Shown: piece after piece, positions 20,927 to 29,967 of the stretch
Layout of the letters: the number at the start of each line of letters is the position of its first letter
Numbering within the stretch: position 1 is the first letter of the stretch
Assembly: GCA_965250285.1 (NCBI GenBank)
Contig: OZ252299.1
Span: 2,080,001-2,144,000 of the forward strand
Direction of reading: 5' to 3'
Length of the DNA: 64,000 nt
Source: Myxococcota bacterium
GTDB lineage: Bacteria > Myxococcota_A > UBA9160 > UBA4427
Translations under genes and position numbers: made by a program
The notes under the pieces: model-generated
The model's database searches: none
Seen by the model: only the letters and a program-made list of their open reading frames with translations
Told to the model about the DNA's origin: nothing

Positions 20927-21215
20927 GGGCGATCTTCCTCCGGTTCGACGTCGGACCTTGGTCCGACGGGCCCCGCAGATTAGCCGAATCGGGCCACGAG
21001 GCGGCGCCCGAAGCGCCGAGTTCGCTGGCGGCGGAACCGTTCCATTCCCGCGGCATGGCGGGCATGCCTCGCCAACGCGCCGCTGCCAGCGGGGCGTACC
21101 TCATGCCACGCTCGGGCTCAGCCGATGTAGACGAGGCACGAGCCCGATCGGTTCACGCTGGAGGCCCCGCACGTCGGTGGCGCGCCTCTCGCGCGGCCGC
21201 GCACGGAGACACGCA

Positions 21216-21719
21216 ATGAGCGACGGAGACGCGACGTCTCACAAGCCGAACGGCCGTGTCGGCCTCAGCCGATTCATGGTCCCGCACTCGTCCTTCGACT
21301 GGTACGTGCGCGGCATCGGGCTCTCGGCCCTCGCGTTCGGTCTGCTGACCGGCCTCGCCTCGTGGGGCTATCACATGCAGCTGTTCGACGCGCTCGGCCT
21401 GGCCGGCCAGGCGGGCTGGCCGGAGCTGGTCGCTCAGTACGGCCGCTTGTCGATGCTCGCGAGCGGCGTCGTCGCCGTCACGATGTCGATCTTCATCACG
21501 CTCGTCTCGATGTTCCTCTTCCATCGCATCGTGGGGCCGGTCTACCGGTTGAAGCAACACATGATCGCCGTCGCCAACGGTGAAGACGTGCGGCCCCTGC
21601 GATTTCGCGAGGGCGACCAGCTTGCGGACGTCGGCGACGTCTACAATCAGATGCTCGCCGCGCTCGATGTGATCGACGCCGACAAGCCCGAGACCGAGCC
21701 GAGCGCACACGGCGGCTGA
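21216..21719 (+). CDS. Two-TM membrane protein with C-terminal HAMP domain
   Basis: Two hydrophobic helices then HRIVGPVYRL...REGDQL...YNQML. Confidence 0.75.
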   Translation: MSDGDATSHKPNGRVGLSRFMVPHSSFDWYVRGIGLSALAFGLLTGLASWGYHMQLFDALGLAGQAGWPELVAQYGRLSMLASGVVAVTMSIFITLVSMFLFHRIVGPVYRLKQHMIAVANGEDVRPLRFREGDQLADVGDVYNQMLAALDVIDADKPETEPSAHGG

Positions 21720-21847
21720 CCGAGACACGGGCGTCCACGGCGCCGGTGTCGCGGGGTCACCGCTCACGCGGGGGCTGCCGCTCACGCGGCGGCTGCCGCG
21801 CCTCGATCCGATAACGTTCGCCGCGTTCACCTGCACGCGGGGAAGAC

Positions 21848-22915
21848 ATGGATCTACCGCCCGAAGTGCGCGCGGCCCTCGATGGCCTGCTGGCTGCGAC
21901 GCCGCGCAAGGCGCTGGTCGAGATCGCCGAACGCCAATCGAAGATCTACCGGGAGCGCGCCGACCACGGGTGCCGACAGCTCGTCGTACAGACCGAAGCC
22001 GACGCCTTCGCGTACGCGGCGTGGCGCCTCCCCGCGACCTTCGGCGCTGCAGCGGTCGCGCTCGCCGAACTCAGCCGGCTCGCGCCCGATTTCGAGCCGC
22101 GGTCCCACCTCGATCTAGGGGCCGGACCGGGCACCGCCCTGCTCGCGGCCGCGGCTGTCCTCGGCGCCGCCGAACGCAGGTCGGCCATCGAAGGGGCCCG
22201 CGTCTTTCGCGAGGCCGGCGCGCGGCTCTTCGACGCCCTCGACGATGCGGCGCCCCCGCCCACATGGCACGCCGGCGACCTCACGCGCGCCGATGCCCTC
22301 GACGCGATCGGACCCGCCGCCGATGCCCGCTTCGACCTGGTCACGCTCTGCTACGTGAGCGGCGAGCTCGACGCCGACCGCCGTGGCTCCCTGATCGACG
22401 ACGCCTGGGCGCGCACCGAGGGCTGCTTCGTCATGGTCGAGCCCGGGACGACGGCCGGGTACCGGCGGATCCTCGACGCGCGCGCGCGTCTGCTCGACGC
22501 CGGTGCGCATCTCGTCGGCCCCTGCCCCCACACCGCAGCCTGCCCGCTCCGCGCACCCGATTGGTGCCACTTCGCCGTGCGCGTGGCGCGCTCGCGCATG
22601 CATCGCCAGGTCAAGGGCGCCGACCTCGGCTACGAAGACGAGAAGCTCGCGTGGCTGGCCGTCTCGCGGAAGCCGGTGACGGCCGCGCCGGCCCGACTGC
22701 TCCGACCGTCGCACGTCACGAAGGCACACGTCGAGATCGATGTCTGTGACGCGAGCGGCGCGGCGCAACGCCGCACCGTCGCGCGGCGAACGAAGGCCGC
22801 GTGGAAGCAGGCCAAGAAGCTGCGCTGGGGCGACGCCGTCCCCACCGAAGTGCTCGACGCGGCCCAGACCGACGCTCGACCCGACCCGCCGACGCCGCAT
22901 TCGCGCCGCGGATGA
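21848..22915 (+). CDS. Rsm22/METTL17-family methyltransferase-like protein
   Basis: YAAWRLPATF, LDLGAGPGT, VEPGT, PCPH..CP...WCHF, EDEK. Confidence 0.88.
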   Translation: MDLPPEVRAALDGLLAATPRKALVEIAERQSKIYRERADHGCRQLVVQTEADAFAYAAWRLPATFGAAAVALAELSRLAPDFEPRSHLDLGAGPGTALLAAAAVLGAAERRSAIEGARVFREAGARLFDALDDAAPPPTWHAGDLTRADALDAIGPAADARFDLVTLCYVSGELDADRRGSLIDDAWARTEGCFVMVEPGTTAGYRRILDARARLLDAGAHLVGPCPHTAACPLRAPDWCHFAVRVARSRMHRQVKGADLGYEDEKLAWLAVSRKPVTAAPARLLRPSHVTKAHVEIDVCDASGAAQRRTVARRTKAAWKQAKKLRWGDAVPTEVLDAAQTDARPDPPTPHSRRG

Positions 22916-22918
22916 GCG

Positions 22919-24298
22919 CTACACCTCGAGCGTCTTCCAGCGTCCCTGCCGAAAGCGCCGAACCAGCAGCGCGGCCTTCGTCGCGTAGTCGAGAACGAGC
23001 GCGCACCAGACCATCTGGATCGTCGCATCCGTCAGCGAGATCAGCGCGAACGCGGGCAGCAGCCGAACGACGAAGAGCCCGACGAAGATCGCGATCATCG
23101 GGAAGAGCGTGTCGCCCGCGCCACGCAGCGCGCCGCCGAGGGCGAACTCGACGGCCATCAGGGGTTGAACGAGACCGAGGATCCAGATGAAGTCGACGGT
23201 CAACGAGACGACCTCGGGATCGTCGGTGAACATCCGCGCCAGCGGCTCGGCAAAGACGACGACGACCCCGCCCATGACACTCATCGAGAGCATCGCGCCG
23301 AGGTTGGCGCGCCAGCCCGAGCGCGCGGCCTCGTCGGGGTCGCCATCGCCGAGGTGCTGCCCGACCAGCGTTCCTGCGGCCGTCGCGAAGCCGATGCCCG
23401 GAATGAACGAGAACGAGAGGATCTGAGCGCCCACGTTGTACGCCGCGATCGCCGCCGTGCCGTACAGGCTCATGATGCGCTGGAACGCGAGCAGACCGAT
23501 CTGGAAGAGCCCCTGCTCGATCGCGGCGGGGTAGCCGATCACCGAGATGCGCTTCAGCATGCGCCAATCGGGGGCGAAGCCGGGGACGCGCGGCTCGAGG
23601 ACGAGCCAGCGCCGCCGCCACATCCACCAGAAGAGCACGCCCTGAAACAACATCGACAAGCTCGACGCCATGCCGGCGCCCGCCACGCCGAACGCGGGCG
23701 CACCGAGGTGGCCGTAGATCAGCACCCAATTGAAGACGACGTTCAGGACATTGGTCGCGATGCCCACCCAGAGCGGTGTATGCACGTCGCCCGCCGCGCG
23801 CAGCGCAGCACCGAACACGAACGACAGCGCAAAGGGCAGCGTGCCGGCGAGCAACCAGAACACGTAGTCGCCCCCCAACCGGACCACCGACTCTTCGACG
23901 CCGTAGATGCGGATCATCGCGTCGGCGAAGGGCAGCCCAGCCAGCGTGATGGCCACGCCCATGACCGCGCCGAGCAGCAGGCTCTGGCGCAGCACGAGAT
24001 CGACCTCGTCTCGATCCCCCGCCCCCCAGGCTCGGGCAAGGATCGCGGCCAGACCCATCGGAGCGAGGTTCACGAACGATTGCACCAGCCAGTAGACCTG
24101 CCCGCCGAGCCCGACGGCGGCGAGCGCGTCGGGGCCGAGGCCGCCCACCATTGCGAAGTCTGCGAAGCGCACGAAGGTCTGTGCACCGAAGCTCACGATC
24201 GTCGGCCAGGCGAGCGCCCACACCCCGAGCGACTCGGGCGACTGCGCCGATGTCGGCTCGAAGTCGTGCGGTTCGACCTGTCTGGGATCCTGGGACAT
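22919..24298 (-). CDS. MATE-family efflux transporter
   Basis: Multi-TM; ALRAAGD..TP, GVAGAGMA, VGQHLG, LRGAGDT. Confidence 0.92.
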   Translation of the reverse strand: MSQDPRQVEPHDFEPTSAQSPESLGVWALAWPTIVSFGAQTFVRFADFAMVGGLGPDALAAVGLGGQVYWLVQSFVNLAPMGLAAILARAWGAGDRDEVDLVLRQSLLLGAVMGVAITLAGLPFADAMIRIYGVEESVVRLGGDYVFWLLAGTLPFALSFVFGAALRAAGDVHTPLWVGIATNVLNVVFNWVLIYGHLGAPAFGVAGAGMASSLSMLFQGVLFWWMWRRRWLVLEPRVPGFAPDWRMLKRISVIGYPAAIEQGLFQIGLLAFQRIMSLYGTAAIAAYNVGAQILSFSFIPGIGFATAAGTLVGQHLGDGDPDEAARSGWRANLGAMLSMSVMGGVVVVFAEPLARMFTDDPEVVSLTVDFIWILGLVQPLMAVEFALGGALRGAGDTLFPMIAIFVGLFVVRLLPAFALISLTDATIQMVWCALVLDYATKAALLVRRFRQGRWKTLEV

Positions 24299-24392
24299 CG
24301 GCCGGGAGCATAGGCCCGGGCGGCATCGGTCGAACCCGCCCGCGACCTCGCGGCATCGCTTCTCGCGGTGAGCCCGGCCCAGCGCCGACGCC

Positions 24393-25766
24393 TCAGCTGG
24401 CGACGTCGACCTCGGCCTCGACCTCGACCTCGACCTCAGCATCGGTCGGCCGTCGCCGCTTGCGCATCGCTTTGGGCAGCGCGATCCCGTACTTGTCGAT
24501 CAGTCGATAGATGGCGCCACGGCTTCGCCCCATCTCTTCGGCGCAGCGCGAGATGTTGCCGCCGGTCCGGGCCAGCGTCGCGAGCAGCTCGTCGCGCTCG
24601 TCGGCCGCGCGCTTGCGGCGAATGGCCGAGAGGCTCTCCTCGAAGTCGTCGACCAGCTGCTCAATCGCCGTGGCGTCGAGGCGCCCGCTCGCACAGAACG
24701 CCACACCGCGCTCGAGCACGCGCGCGAGCTGCTGCACGTTGCCGGGCCAACCCTGGCGCGCCAGGTAGGCGTGGGCATCGGGCGTCAGTCGCACCTCGCG
24801 CCGCATGCGCTCCCCCAGCCGCTCGACGATCCGATCCGCGATCTCGGGCACGTCTTCGAGACGCTCGCGCAGCGGAGCGAGCTCGAGCGGAAACCGCGTG
24901 AGCTCTTCGAAGAGCGTCCGATCGAACGCGTCGGCCGAACCGGTGCCGACGTCGCCCGCGGCCGCGACGAAGCCCGGCCCGGCCGACGCCACGACCCGCG
25001 GCCCGCGTTCCCACCCCGCGCGCTCCATCTGGCGCAGCCGATGCGCGAAGTACTGCTGCCCAGGTGCGGACAGTCGATCGACGTGATCGAGGTAGAGGGT
25101 GCCCGACCGCGGGATCTCCTCGCCGGGCCGCCACTCGGCACAGTCGAGGCGACGAAACCCGTCGTCTGCGCCCGCGCCGGCTTCGTGGAGGGCGCGCGCC
25201 ACCGTATCCCGCCCGGTTCCGGCCTCGCCGACCACGAGGACGGGCCCCTCGAGCGAGGCGAGACCGTGCAGGCGAGATCGGGTGAGTCGCGCCGCGCGGC
25301 TGCGTCCGACGAGGTGGCGTTCGATCGGGGACGCCGAGGTCGGCGCCGGCTCACCGGCATGGCGATCGACCACGCGCTCGATCGCCGCGCGCAGACTCAC
25401 ATCGTCGATGTCGATTGCAACGAAGTCTCTCGCCCCGAGCTGAATCGCGTGGACGACCACCTCGGCCATCGGCGCCGAGGCGGCTGCGATGACCGGGGCG
25501 CGCGTGACCGCGCAGGCCTGTGCGACGCGCGCGCCGGCGTGGAAGCCCCGGCCGCGATCGGGTGCGACGCCACCTCGACCCTCGGCGTCGACCTCTGCTT
25601 CGACCTGCACGATGACCAGGGCGGCGTCGACCTCGCTGGCGACGCGTGCGAGCCCGCCGTCGGCATCGCTCGATACGCGGACCCGCCAGCCCAGCTCACC
25701 GAGCTGATCGATGAAGCGTCGCCGCGCTCGGGCGTCTTGCATGTCGAGGATCGCCGTCTGCCGCAC
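24393..25766 (-). CDS. Degenerate NtrC-like regulator (pseudo-receiver, atypical AAA+, Fis HTH)
   Basis: GEAGTGRD, WPGNV, GNISRCAEEMGRSRGAIYR; no GAFTGA. Confidence 0.8.
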   Translation of the reverse strand: MRQTAILDMQDARARRRFIDQLGELGWRVRVSSDADGGLARVASEVDAALVIVQVEAEVDAEGRGGVAPDRGRGFHAGARVAQACAVTRAPVIAAASAPMAEVVVHAIQLGARDFVAIDIDDVSLRAAIERVVDRHAGEPAPTSASPIERHLVGRSRAARLTRSRLHGLASLEGPVLVVGEAGTGRDTVARALHEAGAGADDGFRRLDCAEWRPGEEIPRSGTLYLDHVDRLSAPGQQYFAHRLRQMERAGWERGPRVVASAGPGFVAAAGDVGTGSADAFDRTLFEELTRFPLELAPLRERLEDVPEIADRIVERLGERMRREVRLTPDAHAYLARQGWPGNVQQLARVLERGVAFCASGRLDATAIEQLVDDFEESLSAIRRKRAADERDELLATLARTGGNISRCAEEMGRSRGAIYRLIDKYGIALPKAMRKRRRPTDAEVEVEVEAEVDVAS

Positions 25767-26112
25767 CGCCCTCTCCCTTCTCGCGCTCGCTCACGCGCGC
25801 GTTGCCTTCATCGTTTGCTCCGCCGAGCGGCCGAGCCACCGAACGCCCCACATCGCCGAGCGCTGGGTCGACCGGCCTGCGCCGCGCCACCCGGACATCG
25901 CGCATCATGCTATGAGGACACCGCATGCGGTCAACGCGGAATGACAAGGACGATCCGGCCTCGATTCGCGGCGCGGAAGCGACCTGCCGGTTCGATCACG
26001 CACCGGGCACGAAGCCGCGCGACGTGCACCGGCGAGCCGCGACCCGTTCGCGCGACGGCGCACCCGGGTGAAGCTTCGATGGGCGACGATCACCCCTGCG
26101 GCCGCGATCGTC

Positions 26113-26559
26113 TCAGTCGATCGAAGTGAACGTGCTTCGGCAATCGACGAGCTCGGCGCGCCCGCCGAGCACACCGCTCACGATGGCGCGCTGACCGAAC
26201 GCGCGGGCCAGCGCGACGCCCTCGGACTTCGACAGCCCGAGCACCAAATGGCTGATCTCGTGGGGCCACGCACCGTCGTCGCCGCGCCCGACGCCGTCGA
26301 ACGTCGCGCACCCCCGCTCGGCGAGGACGCGCCGCAAGGCTTCATCCCGCGTCTGATTGGTCTCGGCATCGAGGGCTTGCGAATCGGGGTTGGCGGCCGT
26401 CACGAAGCACCAGGTCTCGACGTCGGCCGCCGTCAGCAAATCGTCGAGCGCGGTGCAGCGCTCACCGATGCGCACCACCACCTCGCGCCCGTCTTCGGCG
26501 AAGACGACGTAGCTGGTTGCGACGTAGGCGCTCCAGAGTCGGGCCTCATCGATCGTCAT
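26113..26559 (-). CDS. DUF3293 family protein
   Basis: VTAANP.S...N, W.HE.S, ARAFGQRAI. Confidence 0.82.
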   Translation of the reverse strand: MTIDEARLWSAYVATSYVVFAEDGREVVVRIGERCTALDDLLTAADVETWCFVTAANPDSQALDAETNQTRDEALRRVLAERGCATFDGVGRGDDGAWPHEISHLVLGLSKSEGVALARAFGQRAIVSGVLGGRAELVDCRSTFTSID

Positions 26560-26599
26560 GCGACGAAGCGTCGCCGATCGTGATCGAGTCGACCCGCGC

Positions 26600-26812
26600 T
26601 CAGATGCCCTTCCAGGGTGAGGCGCGTCGCATCAAGCGACGCGCAAACTCGACGAGGCTCTCCCAAACGCTTCGTTCGGCCTCGAGTGACCGCTCGACCG
26701 AATCGCTGTCGAGCCCCCCCTGCACGTAACTCGGCACCCGGCTCTCGACGCGGCCCTCGATCGGTCGGACCGCTCGGCCCTGCACTTGGCTGTGTGTTCC
26801 ACTCTGCGACAT
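26600..26812 (-). CDS. Possible small hypothetical protein
   Basis: 70-aa ORF upstream of and co-directional with DUF3293, weak RBS. Confidence 0.3.
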   Translation of the reverse strand: MSQSGTHSQVQGRAVRPIEGRVESRVPSYVQGGLDSDSVERSLEAERSVWESLVEFARRLMRRASPWKGI

Positions 26813-27224
26813 GCGGCGCTGAAGTCCCTTGGAAGCTGCGGCTTGGACTGCAGTCTCGACCCATCATGCCAAATTCAAGCACCGAATCTCAATGCCCTAT
26901 CGAAACGTCACCCCGTCGGGCGTAGGAACCCGCCAAGCCGGGCGCACCGCTTGGTGTCACCCCACCCACATGGGGGGGCTGCGGCGTACGCAGCCGGGTG
27001 CGTGATGTGCCGAGCGTCACACCCCGGCACGTGCGCGGCCGGGGCGCATCGACCCATGGCCCATGTCGATGACGCGCGGCGCCGTATCGACCGCGCGACC
27101 GGACAGTTCGAACGGTCGATCGATTCGCGGGTCGAAGCGAGGCCCGCCCCGCTACAGTCGGCGGGCCTTCAACATCGATGCGCGTCGCGCATCTCGTCGT
27201 GCGGTGCGCTGGAGACCCTGCGCC

Positions 27225-28244
27225 ATGCGCCTTGCCCTCATCCTCTTCGCTGCGCTCGCAGCGCTGGCGGTCGCCAGCTGGGTCTACCTGTTCGAGACGT
27301 TCGAAGCGCCCCCGGTCGATCCGAATTGGGCGATCGCCCCGAGCCCCAGGGTCGAGGCCGGCGACGTCACCGTGCGGTACACGGGGTGCGCGACGCTGGT
27401 CTTCTCCGATGGCGACACGCAGATCGTGATCGATGGCTGGTTCAGTCGTCCAGGCGTGTTCAGTCTCGTCGGCGGCACGGTCGAGCCCGACCTGGATGCG
27501 ATCGAGCGAGGGCTCGCAGCCAACGCACTCACCGAGGCGGCGGTCGTCTTCGCCGTGCACTCGCACTACGACCACGCGATGGATGCACCCGAGGTCGCGC
27601 GCCGCACGGGCGCGCTGCTGATGGGCTCGGCTTCGACGGCGATGATCGGCCGCGGCTGGGGCCTGCCCGAAGCGCAGATTCGGCTGGCCGAGGATCGCGA
27701 GCCGGTTCGCTTCGGCGCGTTCACCGTGACGCCCATTGCATCGCGGCACTTCCAGTTCGCTGACCCCGCGGTGCGCGAGCGTGCCCTCGCTGACCCCACC
27801 ATCACCGAGCCGCTCGTACCGCCGGTCGGTCTCTTCGAATACAAGGTCGGCCAGCCCTACGCGCTGCTCATCGAGCATCCGCAGGGCCGTGTGTTGATTC
27901 AGGGGAGCGCCGGCTTCATCGAGGGGAGCCTCGCCGACGTCGAAGCCGACGTCGTGCTGCTCGGCATCGGCGGGCTCGGCTCGCAGTCCCCCGATTACCG
28001 CGAGACCTACTGGCGTGAAACGGTCGAAGCCAGCGGCGCGACGCGCGTGATTCCGATCCACTGGGACGGGCTCACGAGTCCGATCGAGGGGCCGTTTCGC
28101 GGCGCGCGGCGCATCGTCGCCCTGGTGGTCGGAACGGGTGAAGGCAGCCTGGCGTTCATGAAGCAGAAGGAGGCCGAGCGCCCCGATCTCTCAATCGAGA
28201 CGCTGCCTCGCTTCGATCCGGTGGTGTTGTTCGCAGCGCAGTGA
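27225..28244 (+). CDS. MBL-fold metallo-hydrolase, N-terminal signal/TM
   Basis: HSHYDHAMD, SRH, IPIHWD. Confidence 0.88.
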   Translation: MRLALILFAALAALAVASWVYLFETFEAPPVDPNWAIAPSPRVEAGDVTVRYTGCATLVFSDGDTQIVIDGWFSRPGVFSLVGGTVEPDLDAIERGLAANALTEAAVVFAVHSHYDHAMDAPEVARRTGALLMGSASTAMIGRGWGLPEAQIRLAEDREPVRFGAFTVTPIASRHFQFADPAVRERALADPTITEPLVPPVGLFEYKVGQPYALLIEHPQGRVLIQGSAGFIEGSLADVEADVVLLGIGGLGSQSPDYRETYWRETVEASGATRVIPIHWDGLTSPIEGPFRGARRIVALVVGTGEGSLAFMKQKEAERPDLSIETLPRFDPVVLFAAQ

Positions 28245-28277
28245 GCGACCCGAAGCGGGCCGTCCCGCGCTCCGCCG

Positions 28278-28829
28278 TCAGACTTCGCGGCGTCGCGTGA
28301 GCGCGAGCAGCCCGGCGCCAACGCCGACCAGCAGAGCGGTGCTCGGCTCGGGGATCGGGTTCTTGTCACGGTCCCGGCGCTTGCGGCGGCGCTTGCCGTC
28401 CTCGTCGTCACCGCCACCGCGGCGCTTCCACTTCTTGAGCACGCGCCGGAGCTTCTTGCGGTCGAGCTCGGGGTGCCCCTCGCCATTCTTCCAGCGGGCG
28501 AGCAGCGCGGCGAACGCCTCTCGGCGATCGTCGCCGCGATCGGCGGCGTCATCGCCGTCATCGCCGTGCGCGTTGCGGAAGCGCTCGAACAAGTGGGCCA
28601 AGAGGCCGCCCTTCGAGCCCTCGCTGTCGTCGTCCTCGTCGTCGAGCATCCAGTCGCCGAGACCGTCCATCTCGCCCCAGTCGCCCCAGTCGCGGTCGGA
28701 TCCGCCCTTCCCGTAGCCGAAGCCATGCGCCGAGGCCGACTGGGCGAGGAAGAGGACGAGCAGGAGCGTGAGCGCGCTGAGAAGGAGCGAGAGCGGCAGC
28801 GCGGAGCGGTTTCGAACCGGGGGTATCAT
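28278..28829 (-). CDS. PEP-CTERM sorting-domain protein, low-complexity charged
   Basis: Signal peptide (ASA-H); C-terminal IPEPSTALLVGVGAGLLALTRRR. Confidence 0.85.
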   Translation of the reverse strand: MIPPVRNRSALPLSLLLSALTLLLVLFLAQSASAHGFGYGKGGSDRDWGDWGEMDGLGDWMLDDEDDDSEGSKGGLLAHLFERFRNAHGDDGDDAADRGDDRREAFAALLARWKNGEGHPELDRKKLRRVLKKWKRRGGGDDEDGKRRRKRRDRDKNPIPEPSTALLVGVGAGLLALTRRREV

Positions 28830-28883
28830 GAGCGTCTCCCGTGGGCGTCGGGTGCGCAGACGCGCACCGAGCGAGTCACTGGA

Positions 28884-28908
28884 ATGTGGTCGTGAACGCC
28901 GATTTGTG
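28884..28908 (-). promoter_or_regulatory. CACAAA-N10-CGACCACAT motif, copy 1
   Basis: + strand ATGTGGTCG TGAACGCCGA TTTGTG, about 55 nt upstream of ATG 28829. Confidence 0.65.
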
Positions 28909-29077
28909 TCAGCAGTTGCCGAAGAAAGAAGGCGCAGGCCGCACGCAACGCCCATCTGCCGGGTCTCGTGGATCGCCATGGCCTGGAGCCGAGACGCAGT
29001 CGCCAGCCGGCGCTCGCCTCGGGGGCAAGGAAGGCGCGTTGCGCACCAGACTGGGAGGCCCGGAGCGTTCTCGGCGA

Positions 29078-29713
29078 CTAGATTCGAGCGGCGTTGCGGC
29101 GATGCAGACCAAGCAGGACGGCGCCGGTGCCGAGCAGCAGCGCGGTCCCGGGCTCGGGCACGACCCCGATCAGCTTCGACGATCCATCGCGATCATCGTC
29201 ATCGGAGCCGACGCTCGTCGCGCGGCCGCCCACGTACTGATCCTGGAAGAGCGACAGGTCGAGGTCGACGTCTCCGTGGGAGATCACGAACTCGACGACG
29301 GACAGATCGTCCTTGCCGATCCCGGGCGAACCGAAGGTGATGCCGATGTCGCACGGGCACGGCGACCCACCCCCGTTCACGTTGTTGCCCTGCTTCATGT
29401 TCGAGACGGCCCCGAACGCGAGGCCCGTGACCTCGTCGCCTTCGATGACCAGGCCATCGAGCAGACTGGTGTCGGCGATGTTCAAGAAGAGACCACGCAG
29501 GTCGGCGACCCCTTCAGTGACCTCGAAGCGGCCGCTGATCGTCCCGTCCTCAGCGCCGGCGTCCAGGGTCAGCTCCAGCGTGACGTCGTCGCCGGTGAAG
29601 GGATCGAGCGAGATCGTGATGCCATTTGCGGCGGCCGAACTGGTGACCACGAACGAGAGGAGCAGGAGCGAGAGCAGCGCGAAGGGCGCGAACAGCGTAC
29701 GAGCGGGAGCCAT
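29078..29713 (-). CDS. PEP-CTERM sorting-domain protein
   Basis: Signal peptide; C-terminal VPEPGTALLLGTGAVLLGLHRR. Confidence 0.88.
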   Translation of the reverse strand: MAPARTLFAPFALLSLLLLSFVVTSSAAANGITISLDPFTGDDVTLELTLDAGAEDGTISGRFEVTEGVADLRGLFLNIADTSLLDGLVIEGDEVTGLAFGAVSNMKQGNNVNGGGSPCPCDIGITFGSPGIGKDDLSVVEFVISHGDVDLDLSLFQDQYVGGRATSVGSDDDDRDGSSKLIGVVPEPGTALLLGTGAVLLGLHRRNAARI

Positions 29714-29770
29714 CTTGATTCTCTCCGAGTTAGGCGCGCAGTCCGGCGCACCCGAGGGGTTGGCCTTGAT

Positions 29771-29795
29771 ATGTGGTCGAAGCGACCTGTTTGTG
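29771..29795 (-). promoter_or_regulatory. CACAAA-N10-CGACCACAT motif, copy 2
   Basis: + strand ATGTGGTCG AAGCGACCTG TTTGTG, about 58 nt upstream of ATG 29713. Confidence 0.65.
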
Positions 29796-29967
29796 GCGAA
29801 ACAAATGCATCGCCCCAGCAGCTCGCCAGCACCGCCGCGGCAGGGCACCGGCGATTTCGCTTTCGATCCGGCACGTTGCGGCGAGCCCACCCAGCCGCAT
29901 TCAAAGTCGGTCACGCCCCCCTGGCCGCAAAAGAAGGCCGGAACCCGTCCTCGTGTAGCCTCGCGCG

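Noticed and set aside
21760..21798. 18-bp tandem duplication CCGCTCACGCGGNGGCTG
   Set aside because: Only two copies in GC-rich intergenic DNA; probably slippage
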